Shown: piece after piece, positions 51,467 through 60,711 of the stretch | Position numbering within the stretch: the stretch's first letter is position 1 | Layout: each line of letters starts with the position of its first letter | Assembly: GCA_048938445.1 (NCBI GenBank) | Contig: JBHLME010000004.1 | Span: forward strand, 1-64,000 | Direction: 5' to 3' | DNA length: 64,000 bases | Origin: Promethearchaeota archaeon | GTDB taxonomy: Archaea; Asgardarchaeota; Lokiarchaeia; Sigyniarchaeales; SOKP01 | Notes under the pieces: model-generated | The model's database searches: none | The model's input: only the letters and a program-made list of their open reading frames with translations | Told to the model about the DNA's origin: nothing | Position numbers and translations under genes: made by a program

Positions 51467-54002
51467 ATTTGTATTCCTCCTTTAATAGGTTATAAAATCT
51501 ATTACTAATGTTTGAAAATTTTATTCCTTCTACAGCATTTAGGTTTTTAACAATTATATTCCTGCCTAACCTTGGCCCTAAGACCTTTTTTAATAATTGC
51601 ACTTTTTTCTGTATTTTTTGAATGCCATCTAGATATCTGCAAGCATCTTTCCTACATCCAATAATCATTACTCCATGAAATCCCCTTTCAAGAGCTCTTA
51701 TTATGAAATTAGTATCAACCCGTCCGGTGCAAGGAACTCTAATGATAAATATATTGGGACGATAAAATTGTTTTTTAAGACCAGCATCATCGGCTGCAGC
51801 ATACCCACAAGATTTACAGCAAAATGCTAAAATCTTAGGAGAAACGTTAAATTTTGAGTAAATGTCTATAGTTTTAAAAATCTTTTCATTGGTATCAATA
51901 TTCATCTCAATAGCATTAGTTGGACAGACGCTTACACATGTTCCACATCCTTTACATTTAAATTTATCAATATTTATTTTTTCCCCTTCAATCGTTATGG
52001 CATTGTATGGGCAAGCATTAACACACAATGAACAAAGTCCGCATCTTGTCTCATCAAGTTCTATCCCTGTGAATTCTGAAATTAAATAATCTTTCGATAG
52101 AAGTGATATTATTTTAAGTGCAACATTATTGGAAATATTTATTGTTGATTGATAGTTAAAAGGACCTAGTATTGTTCCAACTCCATAAATCCCTGAGGCC
52201 AATGTTTCTTCACTCATGAAACCGTTATCATTTAAAGTAAAATCAAGAGTTTTTCTGAGGGTTTTTAAATCCTTATTGGGCATTAAATTGAGGTTCAAAA
52301 TAATCAAATCACTTGGATATTCTTTTGAATCTGCAATCACTATATTTTCTTTATCATTTTTTTCTATTTTGACTTGTGAAACATAATGAACTCTTGAATC
52401 CATAGATTTCATAATTGGCTCATGGTTATGATGGAAATTTTTTAAATCATAAAAGGTATTTACGTGACAATCTGGGTTTTTTACTTTAATGCAATTTAAG
52501 TATTTTAGAGCAATATTATCTGCAAGTTCGGAATGATCGTGAGCAGGTCCAACATCCTGAATGATGGAGATGGATTTTGGAGGTTTTCTATCAGATAATT
52601 TAACTATTTTACCTTCAGTAGGACCATCTGAAGATAATATCCTTTCAAATTCTACTGAAGTTATGATATTATCCTGAGGATTATAGTGATAATCTTTCAG
52701 ATCTGAATATAAATCAGCACCTATAGCGATAACTTTCACACCCACTTTAATTTTAATTTCCTCTGGTTTTTGAGTTAAATCTATGGCTTTATTCACGCAC
52801 GCTCTTTCACAAATCCTACAATTTAAGCAATTTTTAATATCAATTTCTTCTATTAAAGGAGCATAGGGATATGAATTTTGAAAAGGAAGAAAAATTACTT
52901 TCCTGTTTACAAGATTAAACTCATATTGATTGGGTTTTTCCACACTGCATACTTCTATACATTGTTTGCATCCAGTACATTTTTTTTCATCTACAAAGCG
53001 AGGTTTTTTAATTAAATTTATGGCGAAATTGCCGACTTCACCAGAAACACTCTTTATTTCCGTATTAGTGAATATTTCAATGTTTTTTTCTTTTACAATT
53101 TCTCCTATCAATTCTGAAATGAAACATATTGAGCAATCCCCCATTTTATAGATTCTATGCCACCGTGCCACTTTTCCTCCTAAAGTTGGAGATTTTTCAA
53201 TTAAATACACTTTAATACCTGCTCTCGCCAAATTTAAACCTAAGGTCATTCCTGCTATACCCCCTCCTAATATAGCACAGCTTTTTTCAACCTCAACTCT
53301 TTTTACTTTAATTTCTTTTTGCAGATATATACGCTCGACAGCGGCTTCGATTAATAATTGTGCCTTTTTTAAAATCAGAGCTGAATCATCTTTGCTATTA
53401 ATCATTTGATGCACCCAACAACATTGTTCTCTAATATTTGCTATTTCAAGATTAGATCGATCGATTAATCCCTCAAAAATCCTTTCAAAAACATGTTGAT
53501 GTGTCTTGGGAGAACATGCCGCAATTACGATTTTATTCAAGAAGTTTTCTTTAACCCAATTGGAAATTTTATCCAAATTTTTCTCTTGACATAAATTTTC
53601 AAATATCTTTACTGAAACAACATTTTGTATTTTATTGATATAGTTCTCTAAAGCGTTGATGTTAATTGTATTAGAAATTTCAGTATTACAGTTGCAAATA
53701 ATCACTCCAATTCGATTTATTTCACTGCCTTTTGAATTAAGATATTCTATTTCTTCTCCTGATAAAATTCTTTTATTTATATTAAGAATTTTTAAAATTC
53801 TTTTACCATCTTCAGTTAAAAAATATGATTTTTTATCTTTACCAATAAGAGAACCGAGTTTTCTTAGGTGGAAATTTAATTGTCCTGTTTGATCTAAACC
53901 CAATTTATCCATTAAATCTGTGTATGGTATGTAACCCTCTTTTTCAAGGAGTAGTAAAATTTTTCTTCTAAACTCATGAGACAATATTGAGTATATATCC
54001 AT
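51456..54002 (-). CDS. Winged-HTH + HdrA-like + MvhD fusion protein
   Basis: aa 1-75 ArsR-like wHTH; CNC, AACSP, NIREQC, GGGIAG, ferredoxin motifs; C-terminal AFCC, RVPCTGRVD, GCRKDAC. Confidence 0.88.
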   Translation of the reverse strand: MDIYSILSHEFRRKILLLLEKEGYIPYTDLMDKLGLDQTGQLNFHLRKLGSLIGKDKKSYFLTEDGKRILKILNINKRILSGEEIEYLNSKGSEINRIGVIICNCNTEISNTININALENYINKIQNVVSVKIFENLCQEKNLDKISNWVKENFLNKIVIAACSPKTHQHVFERIFEGLIDRSNLEIANIREQCCWVHQMINSKDDSALILKKAQLLIEAAVERIYLQKEIKVKRVEVEKSCAILGGGIAGMTLGLNLARAGIKVYLIEKSPTLGGKVARWHRIYKMGDCSICFISELIGEIVKEKNIEIFTNTEIKSVSGEVGNFAINLIKKPRFVDEKKCTGCKQCIEVCSVEKPNQYEFNLVNRKVIFLPFQNSYPYAPLIEEIDIKNCLNCRICERACVNKAIDLTQKPEEIKIKVGVKVIAIGADLYSDLKDYHYNPQDNIITSVEFERILSSDGPTEGKIVKLSDRKPPKSISIIQDVGPAHDHSELADNIALKYLNCIKVKNPDCHVNTFYDLKNFHHNHEPIMKSMDSRVHYVSQVKIEKNDKENIVIADSKEYPSDLIILNLNLMPNKDLKTLRKTLDFTLNDNGFMSEETLASGIYGVGTILGPFNYQSTINISNNVALKIISLLSKDYLISEFTGIELDETRCGLCSLCVNACPYNAITIEGEKINIDKFKCKGCGTCVSVCPTNAIEMNIDTNEKIFKTIDIYSKFNVSPKILAFCCKSCGYAAADDAGLKKQFYRPNIFIIRVPCTGRVDTNFIIRALERGFHGVMIIGCRKDACRYLDGIQKIQKKVQLLKKVLGPRLGRNIIVKNLNAVEGIKFSNISNRFYNLLKEEYKFET

Positions 54003-54246
54003 TTTTTCATCCCTTCCACCAATTAAAGGATTATTTTTTTTTGAAAAATTAAATTTTTAAAAAAAATAATTTTGAAAATTTTTTTTATCGAACTATTTTC
54101 ACTAAGATATTAATAATATGAATAATATTTAAATATTTTGGTTAAATCCGAAAAATATTCGATAAATATATAAGTTACTTCAAATTATATTCTATTATTA
54201 GTTAGTAGAATTTGAATAACTAATAAAGTTGTTAAAAAATAAACTT

Positions 54247-54300
54247 TGACAATTAGATTTATCAAACCAAATGAAATTCTTGTTGTCATTTTGTTTAAAT
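54247..54300 (+). promoter_or_regulatory. Promoter element TGACAA-N30-TTGTCATTTTGTTTAAAT (copy 1)
   Basis: Same layout at 59857-59910. Confidence 0.7.
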
Positions 54301-54358
54301 CTCTTAAAAAGATTCTTTACATAGGATATTAAATACCATAAAAATAGTTAAAACTGAG

Positions 54359-54985
54359 GTGGAAAGTCGAATGGAAGTGCTTGAATTAAAGCCGTTGAAA
54401 AAAAAAAGAGTTTGCGCATATGTTGCCAAGAAAAAAAAAGATGATTTTAATGATTTTTATCTGGATAAATTAAGAGATTTTATTATTAGGAAAAAAATTG
54501 ACTTTATAACAATCGATTTCAATGTGGATATGAAAGAGTTTAATGATTCAGAACTTGCAAAAACATTAAATGAGATGAATATTAGATATTTTCAAGTGGA
54601 CATACCAGAATATGCAATGGGATATATCTATCAAGAAATTGTAGAAAAAACTGAACTACTAAATGATTTATGTGGAGAATTTGAATCAATGAAAGAAAAA
54701 GATACTTTAAAAGGAGAAAGTCTAAAAAATTGGATAGATGTATTGAGAGAAGATATTCAAGAAAAAGAAATATACATTAGTTTGAGATTAAGACCACAAT
54801 GGATTGTCAAAAAAATGTTAGATATTGCTAAAACCATTAAAACTGAAGAGGTATCTTTACTTCATCTCGTCCAGGCAGACATATGCGAGGATATTTGTAA
54901 TCAAGTTACAGAATATTTAAGAGAATTAGACGTGAAAGTTGTTCAATATACTAAAAAACATAATATAATAAATGTAGAATTTTAA
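54359..54985 (+). CDS. Uncharacterised paralog family, member 1
   Basis: VLELKPLKKK N-terminus, YFQVDIPE, LKNWIDVL. Confidence 0.8.
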   Translation: MESRMEVLELKPLKKKRVCAYVAKKKKDDFNDFYLDKLRDFIIRKKIDFITIDFNVDMKEFNDSELAKTLNEMNIRYFQVDIPEYAMGYIYQEIVEKTELLNDLCGEFESMKEKDTLKGESLKNWIDVLREDIQEKEIYISLRLRPQWIVKKMLDIAKTIKTEEVSLLHLVQADICEDICNQVTEYLRELDVKVVQYTKKHNIINVEF

Positions 54986-55006
54986 AAAAAAGAGGTTGAA
55001 AAAAAA

Positions 55007-55738
55007 ATGCCAAAAGTATTAGAATTAAAACCATTGAAGAAAAAACACCTAAAACTGATTATGGTTGAAAGCGAATTTCCGGTTGAGTGGTGGTTTGAGG
55101 CTCCAAAAAGAGCAAAAGAAGATTTAGTCTGGAATTTACATTTAATATCTAAGGAATATCTTCAAGTTATTGAAGAATTAATTAATAAATATAAACCAGA
55201 CTTCGGAACGGAAGAAAAACCAGCGAATTGGGATGATTCACCAAATCAAATAGATCCATTAGAGGAACTATTCAAACTAAAAAATATTTCCTTCCAACAT
55301 GTAGATATTGATGATAACGCTAGAGATTATTTATCATCTGCATTGGATGAACATAGATCTACTATAAAAAAATTAGAAAACAGAATTCGAGAAATAATGG
55401 AAAAAAATGGAGTTATTCCTGAAAATGATGAATTATTTCAAAGATTAGTTCTGTGGAAAGAATATTTAGAACAAGATTATGAACAACAAGAAGATGAAGT
55501 TCGCTATAATATTAGAGAAGCTTGGATGATGATGAATATCATAAATCTTGCAAAAAATATTGATGGAACAAAACTCAAAGGATTATTCATATGTGATCTA
55601 CGACATTTCAATGGAATTGAAAAACTCGCAAGTGAATTAAATATAGACATTGAGAAAATAAAAATTAAGAGATCTATTAAAACTGAGGATGTTGAAGAGG
55701 AGCTAGAAAAAAATGTCGAAATTGAAGTTAAAGAATAA
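55007..55738 (+). CDS. Uncharacterised paralog family, member 2
   Basis: VLELKPLKKK, FQHVDIDD, LVLWKEYL, ICDLRH. Confidence 0.8.
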   Translation: MPKVLELKPLKKKHLKLIMVESEFPVEWWFEAPKRAKEDLVWNLHLISKEYLQVIEELINKYKPDFGTEEKPANWDDSPNQIDPLEELFKLKNISFQHVDIDDNARDYLSSALDEHRSTIKKLENRIREIMEKNGVIPENDELFQRLVLWKEYLEQDYEQQEDEVRYNIREAWMMMNIINLAKNIDGTKLKGLFICDLRHFNGIEKLASELNIDIEKIKIKRSIKTEDVEEELEKNVEIEVKE

Positions 55739-55752
55739 TTAATTTAGAGAAT

Positions 55753-56769
55753 ATGAGGAGGAAAATAAAAATGCAAAAAGAAGATCTGGAAAAAAAAGTA
55801 CATTCTATTCTTGGAAGAAAATCTATTATTGAATTAACTCCAATAGTTATAAAAAAAAAAGAAACATCCGATAAAATCTGTTACTTCTTTGATACTGATG
55901 AAAATGCTTCTCCTTTTGACATTAATATGGCCTATGATGCTGGTTTTGATATTGTGGTTCCAATTAGTAGGATGACTGCTGATCAAGTTCCCAAACTCGT
56001 TCAAGATGCAATTTTTTCTAGGAAACCAAATGCTCCCACAACATTTTTTATAGGGGGGTCCAATGTTAAAGAAGGTGAAAAAATAGCCAAAAAAGTCTTA
56101 AAGTCTTTAGTACCACCCTTTGAATGCCCTGTTATTATCGATCCAAGAGGTTCACACACAACAGCTTCAGCAGTCGTCGCAATGACAATTGATGTTGCTC
56201 TAAAATTTCATAATATTAAAGATTTAAAAGGCAAAAAAATAGTAGTATTTGGAGCGGGGCCTGTTGGAAGGATTGCAGCTATTTTGGGAGCAAAAATTGG
56301 AGCTGATACGTGCATTGTGGAAACTTGGGATAAATCAAGCCAAGATTTTATCACGAATTTAGCAAATGAATTGAAAGAAGAAGCAGGTAAGGGTGCAACT
56401 GCTATTAAGGGAATATTTGCCCCAAATCTCGAAGATCGAGAGAATTTAGCTATTGATGCTGATATTATATGGTCTTTAGCAGCAGCAGGAATTGAAATTT
56501 TGTCAGAAAATTTAATGAAAAAATTGCGCGGAAAGAAAATTGTGGTAGATATAAATCTTGTCCCACCTTATGGCATAGAAGGCATTAAGCCAAAACATTA
56601 TAACGAAGAACTTTATCCTGGGATGTTTTGTATCGGTGCATTAGCGTTAGGTAGATTGAAATCTAATTCTGAGAGTGAAATTTTAAAAGAAGCCGCTAAT
56701 ACCAAGGGATCAAAAGTATTTGACTATAATTATGCATTTGAAGTTGCTAAAAAGCTTTTAAATAAATAA
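55753..56769 (+). CDS. MtdA/MtdB-like NAD(P)-dependent methylene-H4MPT/H4F dehydrogenase
   Basis: SPFDINMAYDAGFD, DPRGSHTTA, GAGPVG, DINLVPPYGIEG. Confidence 0.82.
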   Translation: MRRKIKMQKEDLEKKVHSILGRKSIIELTPIVIKKKETSDKICYFFDTDENASPFDINMAYDAGFDIVVPISRMTADQVPKLVQDAIFSRKPNAPTTFFIGGSNVKEGEKIAKKVLKSLVPPFECPVIIDPRGSHTTASAVVAMTIDVALKFHNIKDLKGKKIVVFGAGPVGRIAAILGAKIGADTCIVETWDKSSQDFITNLANELKEEAGKGATAIKGIFAPNLEDRENLAIDADIIWSLAAAGIEILSENLMKKLRGKKIVVDINLVPPYGIEGIKPKHYNEELYPGMFCIGALALGRLKSNSESEILKEAANTKGSKVFDYNYAFEVAKKLLNK

Positions 56770-56786
56770 ATTTAATTTTTTTTCTC

Positions 56787-56811
56787 TGGGATCGTGATTC
56801 TTACGATCCCA
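56787..56811 (+). terminator. GC-rich hairpin between mtd and cdc48
   Basis: TGGGATCGT-N7-ACGATCCCA. Confidence 0.55.
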
Positions 56812-56843
56812 TATTTCTGAAATAAAAAAAGGGAGGTTTAAAA

Positions 56844-59132
56844 ATGGTCGAATTTTCGAGGGCTCCTAAATTTTTGAAAAAAGTTAGAATTAAAGATGCT
56901 TTTAAAGAAGATGCTGGGAGAGGGATAGTCAGAATAGATCCTGAAATTATCAAGGAATTAAATTTTAAGTCTGGAGATGTTATTGAAATTATTCATCCCA
57001 TCGTAAACAAAAAAACAGCAGCAGTTTTAATGACAGGTAAAAGTGAAGATGCCAATACGAATATCATCCGAATTGATCCTTCATTAAGAAGAAATTTAAA
57101 TGCATCTATTGATGATTACGTGGAAATTAGAAAGATTGAAGCCATTTTAGCAGATAATCTAATTCTTTCAGGATTAGATCAATCATATATCATTAGAGAT
57201 ATACAACAATTGACTAGGATCTTAGACAGTCGTGTAGTTACCAAAGGTGATAGTCTCAGTTTTTATGCAATGGGACGTAGAATCGATTTGGTAATACTTG
57301 ATTATTTACCAAAAGCTGATGCTGTGAAAATACATTTAGGAACAAAAATTAAGCTCTCTGAGAATATAACTAAAGAACTTATAAAACAAGAACCATCTAG
57401 AGTAAAAAGAATAAAATATGAAGCAATAAGTGAATTAGAAGAGGAAATGGAAAAGCTTCGAGGACGAATAACTTATGAAGATATCGGTGGATTAGAAAAC
57501 ATTATTCAAAGAGTTAGAGAAATAATTGAATTACCTATAAGACATCCAGAATTATTTAAAAAAATTGGTATTGATCCTCCTAAAGGTGTTTTATTGCATG
57601 GCCCGCCTGGTACGGGTAAGACACTGCTTGCTCGAGCTATAGCATTTGAGACAGATGCTCAATTTATTTCTATTAGCGGTCCAGAAATCATGAGTAAATT
57701 TTTTGGTCAGAGCGAAGAAAATTTGAGAAATATTTTTGAAGAAGCAAAAAAAAAGGCACCTACAATAATATTTCTTGATGAATTGGATTCAATTGCACCT
57801 CAACGAGATGAAGGTAAAGGACAAGTAGAATCTAGAGTTGTTGCTCAATTACTTTCATTGATGGACGGATTAGAAAATAGAGGTGAAATAATTGTAATTG
57901 GAGCAACTAATAAAATTAATAATATAGACATTGCTTTGAGAAGACCCGGGAGATTTGACAGAGAAATAGAAATCGGTGCGCCGAATTTAGATGGGAGATA
58001 TGAAATCTTATTAATTCATACTCGAGGAATGCCTCTATCAAAAGATTTAGACTTAAAATTAATTGCAAATAAAACACATGGATTTGTTGGAGCAGATATT
58101 AAAGCATTATGCAAAGAAGCTGCAATGCTAGCGATAAGAGAGATCCTTCCTGATATTAATTTAGAAGATCCTGTTCCCGAAGAAATATTAAATAAAATTG
58201 AAATTAGAATGGATCATTTTATAGAAGCATTAAATAGTATAGAACCTTCTGCTTTAAGAGAAGTTCTAATAATAAAACCAACAGAAACATGGGATGACAT
58301 TGGAGGGCTAGATGAGGCTAAACAACAGTTAAGAGAAACTATAGAATGGCCTTTAAAATATCCAGGATTTTATAAATATATGAAATCCCAACCTCCAAGT
58401 GGAATCTTGCTATATGGTTTACCAGGAACAGGGAAAACTTTATTAGCAAAAGCACTTGCTCATGAAACAGAGGTAAATTTTATTTCCATCAAAGGTCCTG
58501 AATTTTTATCTAAATGGGTTGGTGAAAGTGCTAAAGCTGTGCGAGAAACCTTCAAAAAAGCACGATCTGCTGCCCCTTGTATCATCTTTTTTGATGAAAT
58601 CGATGCTATAGCTTCCAGAAGGGCTGAATCATCTAGCTCTCGTGTAGTTGAACAAGTTGTTGCACAACTTCTAACAGAGATCGATGGATTAGAGGAATTA
58701 CATAATGTTGTATTATTAGCTGCAACAAATAGACCTGATATGCTAGATCCTGCTCTATTGCGTTCAGGAAGATTTGGGCGCCATATTGAAGTTCCATTGC
58801 CAAATCAAGTCTCAAGACAAAAAATATTTAAAATTCATTTAAAAGAAAAACCCCTATCTGATGAAATTGATATTAATAAACTAGCTGAAAAACTCGACGG
58901 ATATACGGGTGCTGATATTAAAGGAGTGTGTGAAGAGGCTACCATATTAGCTATTCGCCGGGGAATTTATGAACAATCAGTAGATGAGATCAATCCAAAA
59001 TCTTATGATAGTGTTAAGATTACTATGAGCGATTTTGATAAATCAATTGAAAAGATCTCCAAAACAGCAGAAAGAGCGAAAAAGTCCTATCAAGAAAATT
59101 TAAAAGAACCTCTTGAAAATTTGTATGGATGA
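56844..59132 (+). CDS. cdc48: Cdc48/p97 (VAT) AAA+ ATPase
   Basis: N domain, two GxPGTGKT modules, DELD/DEID, RPGRFD; C-terminal LYG (HbYX). Confidence 0.95.
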   Translation: MVEFSRAPKFLKKVRIKDAFKEDAGRGIVRIDPEIIKELNFKSGDVIEIIHPIVNKKTAAVLMTGKSEDANTNIIRIDPSLRRNLNASIDDYVEIRKIEAILADNLILSGLDQSYIIRDIQQLTRILDSRVVTKGDSLSFYAMGRRIDLVILDYLPKADAVKIHLGTKIKLSENITKELIKQEPSRVKRIKYEAISELEEEMEKLRGRITYEDIGGLENIIQRVREIIELPIRHPELFKKIGIDPPKGVLLHGPPGTGKTLLARAIAFETDAQFISISGPEIMSKFFGQSEENLRNIFEEAKKKAPTIIFLDELDSIAPQRDEGKGQVESRVVAQLLSLMDGLENRGEIIVIGATNKINNIDIALRRPGRFDREIEIGAPNLDGRYEILLIHTRGMPLSKDLDLKLIANKTHGFVGADIKALCKEAAMLAIREILPDINLEDPVPEEILNKIEIRMDHFIEALNSIEPSALREVLIIKPTETWDDIGGLDEAKQQLRETIEWPLKYPGFYKYMKSQPPSGILLYGLPGTGKTLLAKALAHETEVNFISIKGPEFLSKWVGESAKAVRETFKKARSAAPCIIFFDEIDAIASRRAESSSSRVVEQVVAQLLTEIDGLEELHNVVLLAATNRPDMLDPALLRSGRFGRHIEVPLPNQVSRQKIFKIHLKEKPLSDEIDINKLAEKLDGYTGADIKGVCEEATILAIRRGIYEQSVDEINPKSYDSVKITMSDFDKSIEKISKTAERAKKSYQENLKEPLENLYG

Positions 59133-59375
59133 TTTTTAAACCTCCACCCCTTTTTTATTAATAATAAAATGCATTTAGATAAGATATTGAAAATAATTTA
59201 ACTTTTAAAACGTTAATTGACTCCGTAAATTTAAAAGACTATTTTTTTTATTAAAATGGAATTTAGATAATTAAAATTATCAAATTGATAAAAATTTTTC
59301 TTATCAAACTATTTAAATTTAGATCTTCTGATTATTTAATTAGAATAAAATAAATTGATATAAAAAATAAAAAAG

Positions 59376-59642
59376 GTGAATAAATATATGGAGACCATAA
59401 CAAGAGTGGAAATGGATCAACTTATTGGTGGAAGGGTAAATAATTCTGATGCAGAATTTCGCTCTGAATTTCTGAAGGGATATTTATGGGCTGAAATTGA
59501 CAAACAAGAGCAATTTATAGAAAAACTCAGCCAAGAACTTAAATCTATGAAAAATAGAGACTCTTTTGATGCCCAATACCTTGAGACATGGATTGAGTCC
59601 TTAAAAATTGATCTTGAAAAAGAAAAACAATTATTAAAATAA
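59376..59642 (+). CDS. Short member of the paralog family (helical hairpin only)
   Basis: KGYLWAEI...SMKNRDS...LETWIESL aligns with MGYIYQEI...SMKEKDT...LKNWIDVL of 54359. Confidence 0.7.
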   Translation: MNKYMETITRVEMDQLIGGRVNNSDAEFRSEFLKGYLWAEIDKQEQFIEKLSQELKSMKNRDSFDAQYLETWIESLKIDLEKEKQLLK

Positions 59643-59856
59643 TTTTTTTTCCTGCTTTTTTTCCAAAAATTAATATAATGAAAAAGGATTTGGTATAGAT
59701 TCTAAATTAAAACTTTTACTTTAATTTGCATATTAATTTACATATAATTAACAAAGAATGAGATTAAAATAGATAATAAATAATGATATAAAATTTAAAA
59801 ATTATCTAATTTGTTTTTGGTATTTATTCTGATTATCCTAGTTTATTATAAAAAAA

Positions 59857-59910
59857 TGACAATAAAAATTATCAAAATTATGAAAAGGAAAATTGTCATT
59901 TTGTTTAAAT
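59857..59910 (+). promoter_or_regulatory. Promoter element TGACAA-N30-TTGTCATTTTGTTTAAAT (copy 2)
   Basis: Same layout as 54247-54300. Confidence 0.7.
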
Positions 59911-59969
59911 TTTGATTTCAATTACATAAAATATTAAAGATTTTAGCTATAAAAGAGGTGTAATTTAAT

Positions 59970-60560
59970 TTGGTAGCTATAAATAATCGAGCAAGGTTAA
60001 AAAAAAACTTAATAATATATTTAGTCGGATTTGAGAATAATAGCACAAAATTTGAAAATTTAAAAGAAATATTTTGGTTATTCAAGGATAGGTTGGTTAA
60101 TTACGCAACATTCTATATTGCTGATGACAATTCTATATTATGGCAAGATTCTCCTCTTCCAGATTTATTAAAATCATATAATATTCCTTATTTTGAAATA
60201 GAAATTCCTAAACAAACAAAAATGTTTTTTGATGATAAAGTTCAAACAATTAAAAAATATATGACTAAGGATTTGCACGAATATAATCTTTTAGTTGATA
60301 AAAATTGTGCTAGAGGTCGTTATTTAAAATTTTGGAAGGAATTATATGAAAATGAACTCAAAGAAATTAAACGGTTTTTTGAATATAAAATTATACCAGT
60401 TTACATAGCAGAATCTATATTAGAAAAACTTGAAGGAATGTTAGATGAAGATTTATTGTTGTTGCATTTTGGTGAGATAAGTACTTTTGGAGAAATAATG
60501 AAAGTAGTAAAACATGTTAATTCAAAAATTGATATCTCCTATATACACTATATGAGCTAG
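59970..60560 (+). CDS. Uncharacterised paralog family, member 4
   Basis: YNIPYFEIEIP, GRYLKFWKEL, IPVYIAESIL, LLLHFG. Confidence 0.75.
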   Translation: MVAINNRARLKKNLIIYLVGFENNSTKFENLKEIFWLFKDRLVNYATFYIADDNSILWQDSPLPDLLKSYNIPYFEIEIPKQTKMFFDDKVQTIKKYMTKDLHEYNLLVDKNCARGRYLKFWKELYENELKEIKRFFEYKIIPVYIAESILEKLEGMLDEDLLLLHFGEISTFGEIMKVVKHVNSKIDISYIHYMS

Positions 60561-60711
60561 TATATCAAGTTGGATTTGTAGAATCATATAATATTTTTAA
60601 AAATTAAAGAAAGGAAAGTAGATTTGGATATAAGTTCGAAATTAATCATAAACAATTAAAAAATGGAGGAAAAAAACTAAAATAAAAACAAATAAAGGTA
60701 ATGCAAAGATT

